Part shown: positions 46,066-54,531 of the stretch, piece after piece
Layout: each line of letters begins with the position of its first letter
Numbering within the stretch: position 1 is the first letter of the stretch
Source: an uncultured Nitrososphaeraceae archaeon
GTDB lineage: Archaea > Thermoproteota > Nitrososphaeria > Nitrososphaerales > Nitrososphaeraceae
Reading direction: 5' to 3'
Assembly: GCA_963765895.1 (NCBI GenBank)
Contig: CAVXZB010000019.1
Coordinates: 256,001 to 320,000 of the forward strand
Length of the DNA: 64,000 nucleotides
Translations under genes and position numbers: made by a program
Notes under the pieces: model-generated
What the model saw: the letters and a program-made list of their open reading frames with translations, nothing else
What the model was told of the DNA's origin: nothing
The model's database searches: none

Positions 46066-46175
46066 GGCCTTGACAACGAAATGACACTTCGTTTCTAATC
46101 AACTGAAATTAGAATCTTCTTCTAGAAAGAATAGGCAAAATGTTCAATAGTATCAGCAACTAGAATTGTGACAGG

Positions 46176-46472
46176 TTGAGCAATGTCAAATCAACTATCG
46201 TAATGACACCAGTCATGATGGCGACGATAATGTTGATAATAGTTCTAGGATCGCCAGTAGGAAACGTGAGTGCAAAGAAGAGTAGTGATAATGGGATAAA
46301 TAATGCTGATCGATGCTTCCAAGCTGGAAAAGACGACGGAAGAAATAGTCAATTCAGTCAGTCAGAATTCGATAATTGCGGATCATCTTATGAACACGGA
46401 TTTATGAAAGGGTGTCTATCGGTAGGTGGTAACACACGAGATGTATGTAATAATGCGGAGGATGCAGGCTAG
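46176..46472 (+). CDS. Small secreted GYxxG-motif protein (start 46176 or 46203)
   Basis: Signal peptide ending VSA; CFQAGKDDG...SYEHGFMKGC; four Cys. Confidence 0.72.
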   Translation: MSNVKSTIVMTPVMMATIMLIIVLGSPVGNVSAKKSSDNGINNADRCFQAGKDDGRNSQFSQSEFDNCGSSYEHGFMKGCLSVGGNTRDVCNNAEDAG

Positions 46473-46510
46473 GCTTGGCGAGTACACACAAAGGCAAGGT
46501 ATGTAGTTCA

Positions 46511-46990
46511 ATGAAGACAATCATTGCAATATCAGTCATTAGTATGTTAGCGTTAGGCATGTCATTCTTGCCGACGAGCGTATACGCACAAGGCGCCGCG
46601 TATAACAAAGGATACAATGACGCATCATGTGACGCGGTATCATGTCATGGACATGGATACGAACCAAGTTGTCCAGGTGATCACAGTAGTGAATACTGCT
46701 CAAATTATGGAGATGGGTATGCTGCAGGATGGGCTGCTTCAACGAATGCCAATAGCAATGGACAACAACCACTTATGAACTCCCCACCACCTCCGTTCTC
46801 ACAAGCACCAAATCAGGGTCAAGGCACAGCCAATGGCGGCAATAACATCAACGGAAATAACAACATAATCAATCAACAACAATCACAACAAGAACGCTCT
46901 GACAATGGAAATAGTGGCAATGGCGGCGACAATGGTGATAACAGGGGTCAACTACCTCAATGCAAAGCCTTCTGCACAGGAGTTCAGTAA
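46511..46990 (+). CDS. Secreted GYxxG-motif protein with N/Q/G-rich low-complexity tail
   Basis: MKTIIA...VYA signal; AYNKGYNDA...HSSEYCSNYGDGYAAGW; tail ends CKAFC. Confidence 0.75.
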   Translation: MKTIIAISVISMLALGMSFLPTSVYAQGAAYNKGYNDASCDAVSCHGHGYEPSCPGDHSSEYCSNYGDGYAAGWAASTNANSNGQQPLMNSPPPPFSQAPNQGQGTANGGNNINGNNNIINQQQSQQERSDNGNSGNGGDNGDNRGQLPQCKAFCTGVQ

Positions 46991-47130
46991 GTAGTGAGCA
47001 GCGGAGATTTCGTCTCACTAACACTCATCAGTATGTCGGCATTGTTCTAAGCTTGCTAATCAGTCCGGTACGCGGAGATGCTTATTGTACTCGTTTTCAT
47101 CAAGGGCTATCGGATGGAGTGCGTTAGAAA

Positions 47131-47460
47131 TTGAGAATGTTTCAAGCGCTCTGTCAATTCTGCGCCGCAATTGCCATTCTAGTAATGATTGTTCAGCCAT
47201 CTGCATTTGCATTATCTTCATACCGATCCGGCTTTAATCACGGCATTAGTGATGAAAGAGATGGATGCAAGCATCCAGATGGATGTCACTGGTATATTAT
47301 ACAACCAGGTAAGGGCTTTGCCTTTCATTCAAAGGAATTCGATAGGGGATATGTAGATGGCTTTTGCAGTGTTGATCCAAAGGCATCAAGTGACGCAGAT
47401 CAGGCAACCTTTGACTGTTTAAAGGGCCCAGATTCTGCTTCATGGGTGAGTGACAAGTGA
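47131..47460 (+). CDS. Secreted GYxxG-motif family protein
   Basis: Signal ending AFA; SYRSGFNHGISD...YIIQPGKGFAFHSKEFDRGYVDGFCSV...GPDSASW. Confidence 0.8.
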   Translation: MRMFQALCQFCAAIAILVMIVQPSAFALSSYRSGFNHGISDERDGCKHPDGCHWYIIQPGKGFAFHSKEFDRGYVDGFCSVDPKASSDADQATFDCLKGPDSASWVSDK

Positions 47461-48545
47461 ATGTAATACTGAGTGCAATGGTAGTCATCCTAATAATAGG
47501 CGCGCTCGTTTTTCCTATGGAAAAACAGCAGTCTGCCTATGCACAAGTTGGATCTACTAGCTCAATGACATCAACTGACCCTGGACAATTCTCAGAGCTT
47601 CCACATTCAGACCATCCACAAGCTGCCTATCAGTCAGGCTTTCAACACGGTGTAATTGATGCAAATACCTCATCAAATACAACATCGTATATTGACCAGC
47701 CAAAACATGGCTTTGCGTGGCATACATCAGAGTTTGTCAAAGGATATGTCAATGGATACTGTAGCATACCTGCCAACAAAGATGTGGGAACTGATGATGA
47801 TAGGGCCGCATTTTACTGTCCGGATGGTCCAAGCTCTGCGAAATGGTTCATAGGCAAACACGAGCCAATTACAGAGGGCGTCGTTGTAGCCACTTACGGC
47901 ATTCCATCAGCGGGCGTGAATGTAACATATCAGTATTATGATAAGACTTCAGGCTCATCCGGTTCCGAAACCGCAATGGTAAAGGAAAACGGAACAATGC
48001 ATTTTCTAGGATCCACTGCCGAACTAGTCGGGTTTTACCCCGGAGATAAAATGACGGTATCGGTAAGCCAGTGTATCACACGACTGAATGCATATGGCTA
48101 TCGGGAATGCATACCACAATCCACTCTCGACAACAAGACGATAACACTGGGTGAAACTGGTGGTATTGTTAGCCTTGATCTATCGAAGAGTGGAAAGGGT
48201 CTAGTCCATAGTGCACCAGAAGCGCCACCTAGCACACCACGCAAGCCACTTCCAGTACCCAAGGCAGCACCAGGCCACGCCAATATTCAAAGCAGATTCA
48301 CACATGGCACAGAGGCCCGTAGACAGATTGATTATCAGCTAGGCGCTAACTGTGTTGACACTACATGTTGCTTTAGGGGCTGGAAATGTGATGGTACTAT
48401 GGCCGCTGAGTGTGGATATGCTCCTTCGACCAGTGCGGCTGATATAGCAAAGATGAAAGCTACATTACGACAACGCTTTTTGAATAAAAATCCATGCGTA
48501 TACACATCATCTCCATGTAAGCAAGAACCATTAATGCCTCCCTAG
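47457..48545 (+). CDS. Multidomain secreted protein: GYxxG-motif domain, beta-rich domain, Pro-rich linker, Cys-rich tail
   Basis: Signal ending AYA; AYQSGFQHGVID...HTSEFVKGYVNGYCS; overlaps the upstream stop (GTGA). Confidence 0.78.
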   Translation: MNVILSAMVVILIIGALVFPMEKQQSAYAQVGSTSSMTSTDPGQFSELPHSDHPQAAYQSGFQHGVIDANTSSNTTSYIDQPKHGFAWHTSEFVKGYVNGYCSIPANKDVGTDDDRAAFYCPDGPSSAKWFIGKHEPITEGVVVATYGIPSAGVNVTYQYYDKTSGSSGSETAMVKENGTMHFLGSTAELVGFYPGDKMTVSVSQCITRLNAYGYRECIPQSTLDNKTITLGETGGIVSLDLSKSGKGLVHSAPEAPPSTPRKPLPVPKAAPGHANIQSRFTHGTEARRQIDYQLGANCVDTTCCFRGWKCDGTMAAECGYAPSTSAADIAKMKATLRQRFLNKNPCVYTSSPCKQEPLMPP

Positions 48546-48554
48546 GCATCCGGG

Positions 48555-48561
48555 TTTTTTT
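48555..48561 (+). terminator. Oligo-T archaeal terminator after the rightward array
   Basis: T7 tract 10 nt after the stop of 47457..48545. Confidence 0.4.
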
Positions 48562-49527
48562 GTATTACCAACAAGTGTCAATTAGGTATTAGACTTTACA
48601 CTAAATATCAAGATGTTGGGGTAGGTATAGTGTTAGGCAATGGGCATATAGATATAGATATGTTATATCAAGACGTCATAACATTCAGGGCGTGTATCGA
48701 GCACTATCATTTTAAGCCTGTACTGACAAATTCCATGAATGTTATGAAGCACTTAGCTAGCCTAGGAACGGCCCCGAGATAACACCATGCATATGCTTAC
48801 TTTTACTACCTTTCGGCTAAGTCCAGTTATCTATATGCACTTGGTCTATTGACAAATTACAAATGCCTTGCCATTTGAGAAATGGGGTGCCTTGCACCTC
48901 TAGGCTTCCTTTATCTATAACTGTACAGGCTCACTGGGTGCCTATATGTTGTCAGACAAACGGTGCAATGAGTAAATTCTCCTTAGTAATTCTAACATCA
49001 TATGTCTGATTTGGCTGTCAATCTCTACCTATGACCACGTATTTATGATGATCTTTATAATCTGGCATTTCGCATATAGGGTTGAATTGCCATTCCTGGG
49101 ATAATTATGCCGGACTTGGTTAACTAGTCAAATGTTGTCCTATGTGCTGAACTTATTACGGATTACCGAACTTATAGTGATTCGTATAGACTAGATGATA
49201 CTATCTATAGATATCATCAATGAGTTGATAGAAATAAAGTTCATCTTCAGTCTTATTGGTTTTACCTATCAATAGAATCAGCTAGTCTTGAATCTTACCA
49301 TAGTCAGGCTGCAGGTTAAGATTTTATCTTTCAAGAACTGCATATCATATCTGACTTATTATGAATCCAGACTATTGTGGGTGTAGCTGCGTTTAATACC
49401 AACCGGGGGCCCAATAGCCAATCGATAATTGCATATGCAGTGTGCGCGCGTACCATAGCATATGGCTAGTTATGAGTGATTATTGCAAGTTTTTACTGCT
49501 GGCTATTAATCCAGTACCTTTTTTATT

Positions 49528-49806
49528 ATATAAGGCAAAAACTGCAATTTTGCTTTATATAGTACCGAAATGTTGACCAGGTACTAATCCACGGCTGTTT
49601 TGTGACTGTTATTAGAGATAGGTCTAGGCGTATGTATTTGGGCCGGTTTTTAACCTGAATCACCATTGAGTCAGTCGGTGAGATATGGTTAGGCATATTA
49701 CATTTAAGGAAAAACTATAAGATTTTGCCTATATAGTCTTCATACCCTGACTACCATTGGAACGAGCAGGCTTTGTGACCATTAAAAGATATCGTTTTAG
49801 GCATAT
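49528..49806. repeat. Inverted and direct repeat cluster (origin-like)
   Basis: Hairpin ATATAAGGCAAAA-7nt-TTTTGCTTTATAT (49528-49560) with a degenerate copy at 49705-49737; AGATA..G.T.TAGGC.TAT at 49616, 49681, 49787. Confidence 0.6.
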
Positions 49807-50546
49807 AAAAAAGGAGTGGTTTTTAGGCGCATCATAGTCTGGAAATCCATATCCTATTTTGTTTTAAATATTGATGGTCTAACCCCAGGTTTTACCATCC
49901 AAAAAGGCATATGTTTGTACTAGAAAGAAAGGCATTAGACGATTTTACTATAGTGGTATTAAAAAAAGAAAATTTGGTTCAATCTGGGGGTTGCTTTTTT
50001 CGATTGATACTTATGTTTAGTTGGATTAAATTTGCTAAACTGAGACTAACTACTATTACAGTTTCCACTACTACCCCTGTCACTGCAGTAAAGTTTTTTA
50101 TATTCTTCTTTCCTAAGAAGTCAGGACTGAAGTTCATCACCTTCATCACCTCCTCAGATACTCACCTAAGGCTACTCTCCAAAGTCAAAACCTTAGGTGG
50201 ACTGAGAGGACTATTATCATATATACATTTTGGCTATCCAAAACTCCGCGCGTTTAGCCTCTTGCTCGCCCAAAAGGAGTCCAATTTTTACTCCTCGCAA
50301 ATTACATTTTCCACAAAAACGCGTATAAGTACGTAAAAGATGTGGACATTTGAGCAGGGAGATGGAACAAGAGAATCGCTCCATTTGGTCTGGGAGCTTG
50401 GGAAATTTGGGAATTGTGGGTTGGGTGGTTGGTTCCCTTTCTAAACTTGTTGCACATATTTCCGGTCAACCGAAGTAGTTAGTAACGACCTACCTATACC
50501 GAAATGTACTTCTATCTAATATCTTCCGATTGTTACATTTTTACAT

Positions 50547-51009
50547 CTAGAGGCGACCGTTGCCAAAAGTAAAGATATTCCCCTCCCATCCACGAGGTGA
50601 AGTACCTGATGTATAAGTTCCAACCATAATATTTCTACAATTGGGTATATCAGTGGTAAGGCATGGATTGTCTCTGAAGAAGTAACCCGTCCAAGTTCTA
50701 GTAATGCCCCCGATAACTGCAGAAAAATCTAGCTTTCCTGTAAGAGAATTATAAGTACCTTGAATAGGAATCGAACCGTATTTCCAGCCGACTAAGCTAC
50801 CTATTGCTAACTTGCCTAAATGACTTACTGTAACCCACCTTCAATGTAGAATGACTCGATGATGTGGGATTCAGAGCCTGAATCAAATCCCAGTTGCCCT
50901 GAGGAGGATCAATACCATATGCAATGCTTGATGGAATTAAGAATATCGTGAACAAGCAACAAGCCGCTACTATTATTCCTTTATTGTCAAAAAAATTAAT
51001 TTTTTTCAT
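50547..51009 (-). CDS. Secreted beta-strand-rich protein (frameshift near 50810)
   Basis: Signal peptide to ...SIAYG; shifted frame continues SLVGWKYGSIPIQGTYNSLTGKLDFSAVIGGITRTWTGYFFRDNPCLTTDIPNCRNIMVGTYTSG...GRL*. Confidence 0.65.
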
Positions 51010-51298
51010 TAGATTTGGTTATGTAGATATTATATTAAACTTCCTTTCAGCAACTCTTATGACTTATCATAAAAGTAGTATATTTTAGACTAGACCGAAG
51101 TACGGCTCAATTATTTGTCCTAAAATACAGTTGTCTATAAAACGTCACTTTTATACCGCCTTTGCCAAAACGTTACTAGCAAAGGACTAAACCCTTGAGC
51201 GCGAAATCACTAACGATATCTCATGCGATATGACCGTTCAAATAAGGGAGGATTAATAGACTACTTAGGAAAACACGTGTGATTCGAAGTCCTACTCG

Positions 51299-51555
51299 CT
51301 ACTCGCATCCAGGATTGTTTTGCCTATTGAATTTATCAATAAGATCTTCTGGATTAATATTATGTCCCTGTTGGTCTTTAGCTTGAATATGCAAGTGAAC
51401 TGCATTCGCACCAGTACTACCTGTAACTCCTAGTTCAGTATCAGGACTAACTTCCTGACCATCAACTACGTTTATTTGTGAAGCATGTAAATACTGTATT
51501 GTACTACCATCTGGAAGTACCACGGTTATAGTGTTATATTTACTGCCTGGTACAA
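51299..51555 (-). pseudogene. C-terminal fragment of an M23 (LytM-like) metallopeptidase
   Basis: TIQYLHASQINVVDGQEV...LGVTGSTG...HLH...INP; N-terminal HxxxD motif absent; directly abuts the integrase. Confidence 0.8.
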
Positions 51556-52479
51556 TGAGAAAGTAGAATCTCCACATTTATCGGCAGCATACCGGATATC
51601 TCGCACCTAGTTTTGAACCATTTCCTCAACGAGTGGTTAGCCTGGAATGGGTGGCGTCTCTTTCCGTTCGCCAGCTTCTTTCTAAGACCTTGTGCCCATA
51701 TAGCTCTCTCCATCAGCCTTTTTAGTCCTAGTGCTGCCAAGTCTCTTGGGCTTAGTTACAAGACCTTTTCCATACGGCTTTGAGACATCCCATAAGTCAC
51801 GCATAAGCCAGCTATCTTCAGTTATAGTCTCCCCAGATTCTTCTCTATATTTCATCCAGTGCGCTAAGGCACGATAGGCTTCAGGTGTAATGAAGCTAAA
51901 ATATTCATCCTCTTCCCCATCGTACACTATTATCTTTGCTGCAACTAATTCGTCATCTTTCTTTATCGGAACAACATTGCCCCATTTTAGGTAGTCCCAG
52001 GCTCCCAGCCGTAGACCTGCGCTAGCCATAGTTAGCACTATCGCCTTAATTCTCCTATCAGGATACTCCATAATCTTCTTTATCTCATCTATTGAAGGTA
52101 CTCGATCATCTGCATATCGTCTTTCTTTTGGTAGACCCTTGGTTATCTTTTTCCATTGTATTTATAGGTCAGCCATCTCTGAGAATAACTTTATACTTTT
52201 GACATAGTTTCTTAAGGTGCCTGGCCTTATCTCTTTCCGATTTACTCGCTCTAATTCATGCTTTATAAATTTCAGGATACTATTAAATGCCCAGTTGCCG
52301 TCTTGACATCCCATCCTAGCAAATAGCCTGGCTTGCTCCTCAATACTTCCAGGAAGGCCAATATATTCGAAGAACTTAGACAATCTTTTCTGGTACTTTA
52401 GTCTGGTTATAGGCGATTTCATGGCATACAAATAGACTGACCATGGATCTATTTGTGAAGTTGATTGACCTTCTATCAA
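51540..52479 (-). pseudogene. Tyrosine recombinase/integrase, C-terminally truncated, two frameshifts
   Basis: N-terminal SAM-like region (TLRNY), AGLR (R), HSLRK (HxxR), LLSH (H); sequence ends before the catalytic Tyr. Confidence 0.88.
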
Positions 52480-52533
52480 TTTATCCTTTAATCACCATTA
52501 ATTCTGTGAACCCACTAAAAAGCACTGTTATAG

Positions 52534-52550
52534 GAGCGGGCCCGTCGGGA
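52534..52550. repeat. att site overlapping the tRNA-Lys 3' end
   Basis: GAGCGGGCCCGTCGGGA, identical to 43495-43511. Confidence 0.92.
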
Positions 52551-52623
52551 ATCGAACCCGAGACAGCCGGATTTCTTCCAATAGATAAAAGTCCGGTACT
52601 CTACCTGGCTGAGCTACGGGCCC
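52537..52623 (-). tRNA. tRNA-Lys(TTT) with 13-nt canonical 37/38 intron
   Basis: GGGCCCG-TAGCTCAGCCAGGTAGAGTA-CCGGA CT TTT A-[TCTATTGGAAGAA]-A TCCGG-CTGTC-TCGGG TTCGATT CCCGA-CGGGCCC-G. Confidence 0.93.
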
Positions 52624-52786
52624 TGGTACACTTAGGCTCAGACAGAGTATAATTTAATTTTATAGATACAACCAAACTTGTCAGATTTTAATAATATTAT
52701 TTCAAATAATAATAACTCAGTCATTCGAAAAACCCTTTTCACTAGATCAAAACATTTTAATTTGTTTTTAGAATGCGTCCATATAT

Positions 52787-52891
52787 GCCCGGGTAGTATA
52801 GAGCGGCTGGGTCGTTCTCAGCTTCATACATTCCGGTCCAGTATGGGGGACTGTCACTCCTTCGACCCGGGTTCGAATCCCGGCCCGGGCG
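52787..52891 (+). tRNA. tRNA-Asp(GTC) with ~30-nt intron in the D-loop
   Basis: GCCCGGG-TAGTATAG-[AGCGGCTGGGTCGTTCTCAGCTTCATACAT]-TCCGGTCCAGTATG-GGGGA CT GTC AC TCCTT-CGAC-CCGGG TTCGAAT CCCGG-CCCGGGC-G. Confidence 0.9.
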
Positions 52892-52904
52892 TACGTAATT
52901 TTTT

Positions 52905-53711
52905 TTATTTGAAAACTGGGACTTCAGAAGCGATTCTTGTATAGGTTTCATGGTCTCTTACCGCAATAAAAGACAAGGTCGTATTTTGTTCGAAATCATT
53001 ATCTAGAATTTGGCCATTCATTGTGTAAACTTTACCACCGGATTCATTGAGAACTAGATAGGCAGCAGCCATATCAGTAATTCTTATTTTGTTTCTAAAA
53101 TCTAAATAAGCATCAAGAAATCCCCTTGCAAGGTAACATAATTCCAATGCGTTTGCCCCAAAATGGCGGGCGTGTTTAAATTTAGACAAAAGATATGAGA
53201 GATTGCTAAAGACCTCGTGCGAGACTCCAGATATATTCATGCCCACAACCATATTTTGCAAAGTATCTCCCGACTTACGGGTATTTTCAAGCCTTTCTCC
53301 ATTCATGAACGATCCCTTGCCCTTTGAGGATGAGTAGATATCACCTGTTCCCAAGTCCATGACAACAGCATCCGTAATTGAGCTCATTTTATAATCTGTG
53401 GCAAAAGCCAGGGAGCAGCAATAAAAGGGAATACCTCGCATCGCGTTAGTAGTGCCATCAATGGCATCCATAATTAGATAACCCGAATCTCCTTTGATAA
53501 GTCCGCACTCTTCTCCGATTACGGTTGGCCTAAAGCGGTATTTTTCTATAGTGTCTAGCACTGCCTTTTCGGCAATAAGGTCAAGTCCAGTTGAAATGTC
53601 ACCTCCGGCACCTCTGCCAAATTCGGTACAAGCTTCCTTAGTCCCAGCTATTTGGTTCGTCTGCTTTAAGACCTCAGATGCTGATTCCTTCAATATATCA
53701 AGTATTGCCAT
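52905..53711 (-). CDS. Inositol monophosphatase / FBPase (SuhB family)
   Basis: GEE, DAIDGTTN, RHFGANALE, TDMAA. Confidence 0.9.
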   Translation of the reverse strand: MAILDILKESASEVLKQTNQIAGTKEACTEFGRGAGGDISTGLDLIAEKAVLDTIEKYRFRPTVIGEECGLIKGDSGYLIMDAIDGTTNAMRGIPFYCCSLAFATDYKMSSITDAVVMDLGTGDIYSSSKGKGSFMNGERLENTRKSGDTLQNMVVGMNISGVSHEVFSNLSYLLSKFKHARHFGANALELCYLARGFLDAYLDFRNKIRITDMAAAYLVLNESGGKVYTMNGQILDNDFEQNTTLSFIAVRDHETYTRIASEVPVFK

Positions 53712-54531
53712 AGATGAATCTAGCGATCGGATACTACCTATAAACCAAAACTTGCTTTATATTGGCTAAATATAGGATAGTCGTACTCTTAGACTGATAT
53801 CTCTTTTTCGTCGCTTTTTTTCTTGCCTTTTAATAATTGATAAAGCCAAACTTTCAACGCAAGATAAACGCTATAACCGCTGAATTTGCTTCTCATTAAT
53901 TATTATCACGAAACATACATTATAAACTTTTTCAAATTAATCGTACCTGAATAACCAGACAGCACCTATGTTGCTAAGGTTATCGTTGTTTAGCAATAAA
54001 CCTTAACATATACAGCATAATGTGAAAAATAATGTGTTCTATAGGCACTATTAATTTTCAGTAAAGATGAATTAGCTGGGAATTCTAGTTTTTTACAGAT
54101 AAATGTTTCAGGATAAGGGCAAGTCTACATAGTTAAATTAGAATAGAATGAGAAGTACAGGACTAGGATAAAGCTGAAGACAAAAATATTGTAACCCCAC
54201 TGCTCGGCTACAAAATTGTCTATCTCGTACCTTCCATTTCAAGACTGAATTAATCGGGTCGTACTTCCTTAGTCATGATCATGCCATAAACATGTAACGG
54301 TAGTTAAATACGGCTTGTCTGCTTCATAAATTACTCGAGGGATAAATACTAATCGCAGATTCGGTGCGGCCTTACCTCTAACAAAAATTTAAATTGAATG
54401 GTTTCAGACCCACGAGACTAGATCCGGGCCTTTGGATAGGCGTAGAATCAGTCTTGACTTTAATATTAAATCGCCATCTTCCATAACTAATAGTAGTCGA
54501 GCAAGCAAGTAAGACGCTTAATCTGTTGCAA

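Larger units (their letters stand above)
43495..52550. mobile_element. Integrated element (genomic island) at the 3' end of tRNA-Lys(TTT)
   Basis: Flanked by a perfect 17-bp direct repeat of the tRNA 3' end; tyrosine integrase adjacent to the tRNA; cargo is non-housekeeping. Confidence 0.88.

Noticed and set aside
45040-47460. Diversity-generating retroelement TR/VR pair between the two closest paralogs
   Set aside because: Differences are spread over all four bases and are largely synonymous, not adenine-specific; no reverse transcriptase in the window.
48590-49470. Stop-codon reassignment (TAG read-through) in the island
   Set aside because: The interrupted frame contains TAA and TGA as well as TAG; ordinary decay explains it.
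49911-50336. 141-aa plus-strand ORF
   Set aside because: No recognisable motifs and the composition looks like a shadow frame; the opposite strand may be a decayed gene end but could not be assigned.
52443-52951. Short ORFs overlapping tRNA-Lys and tRNA-Asp
   Set aside because: Shadow ORFs over tRNA genes.
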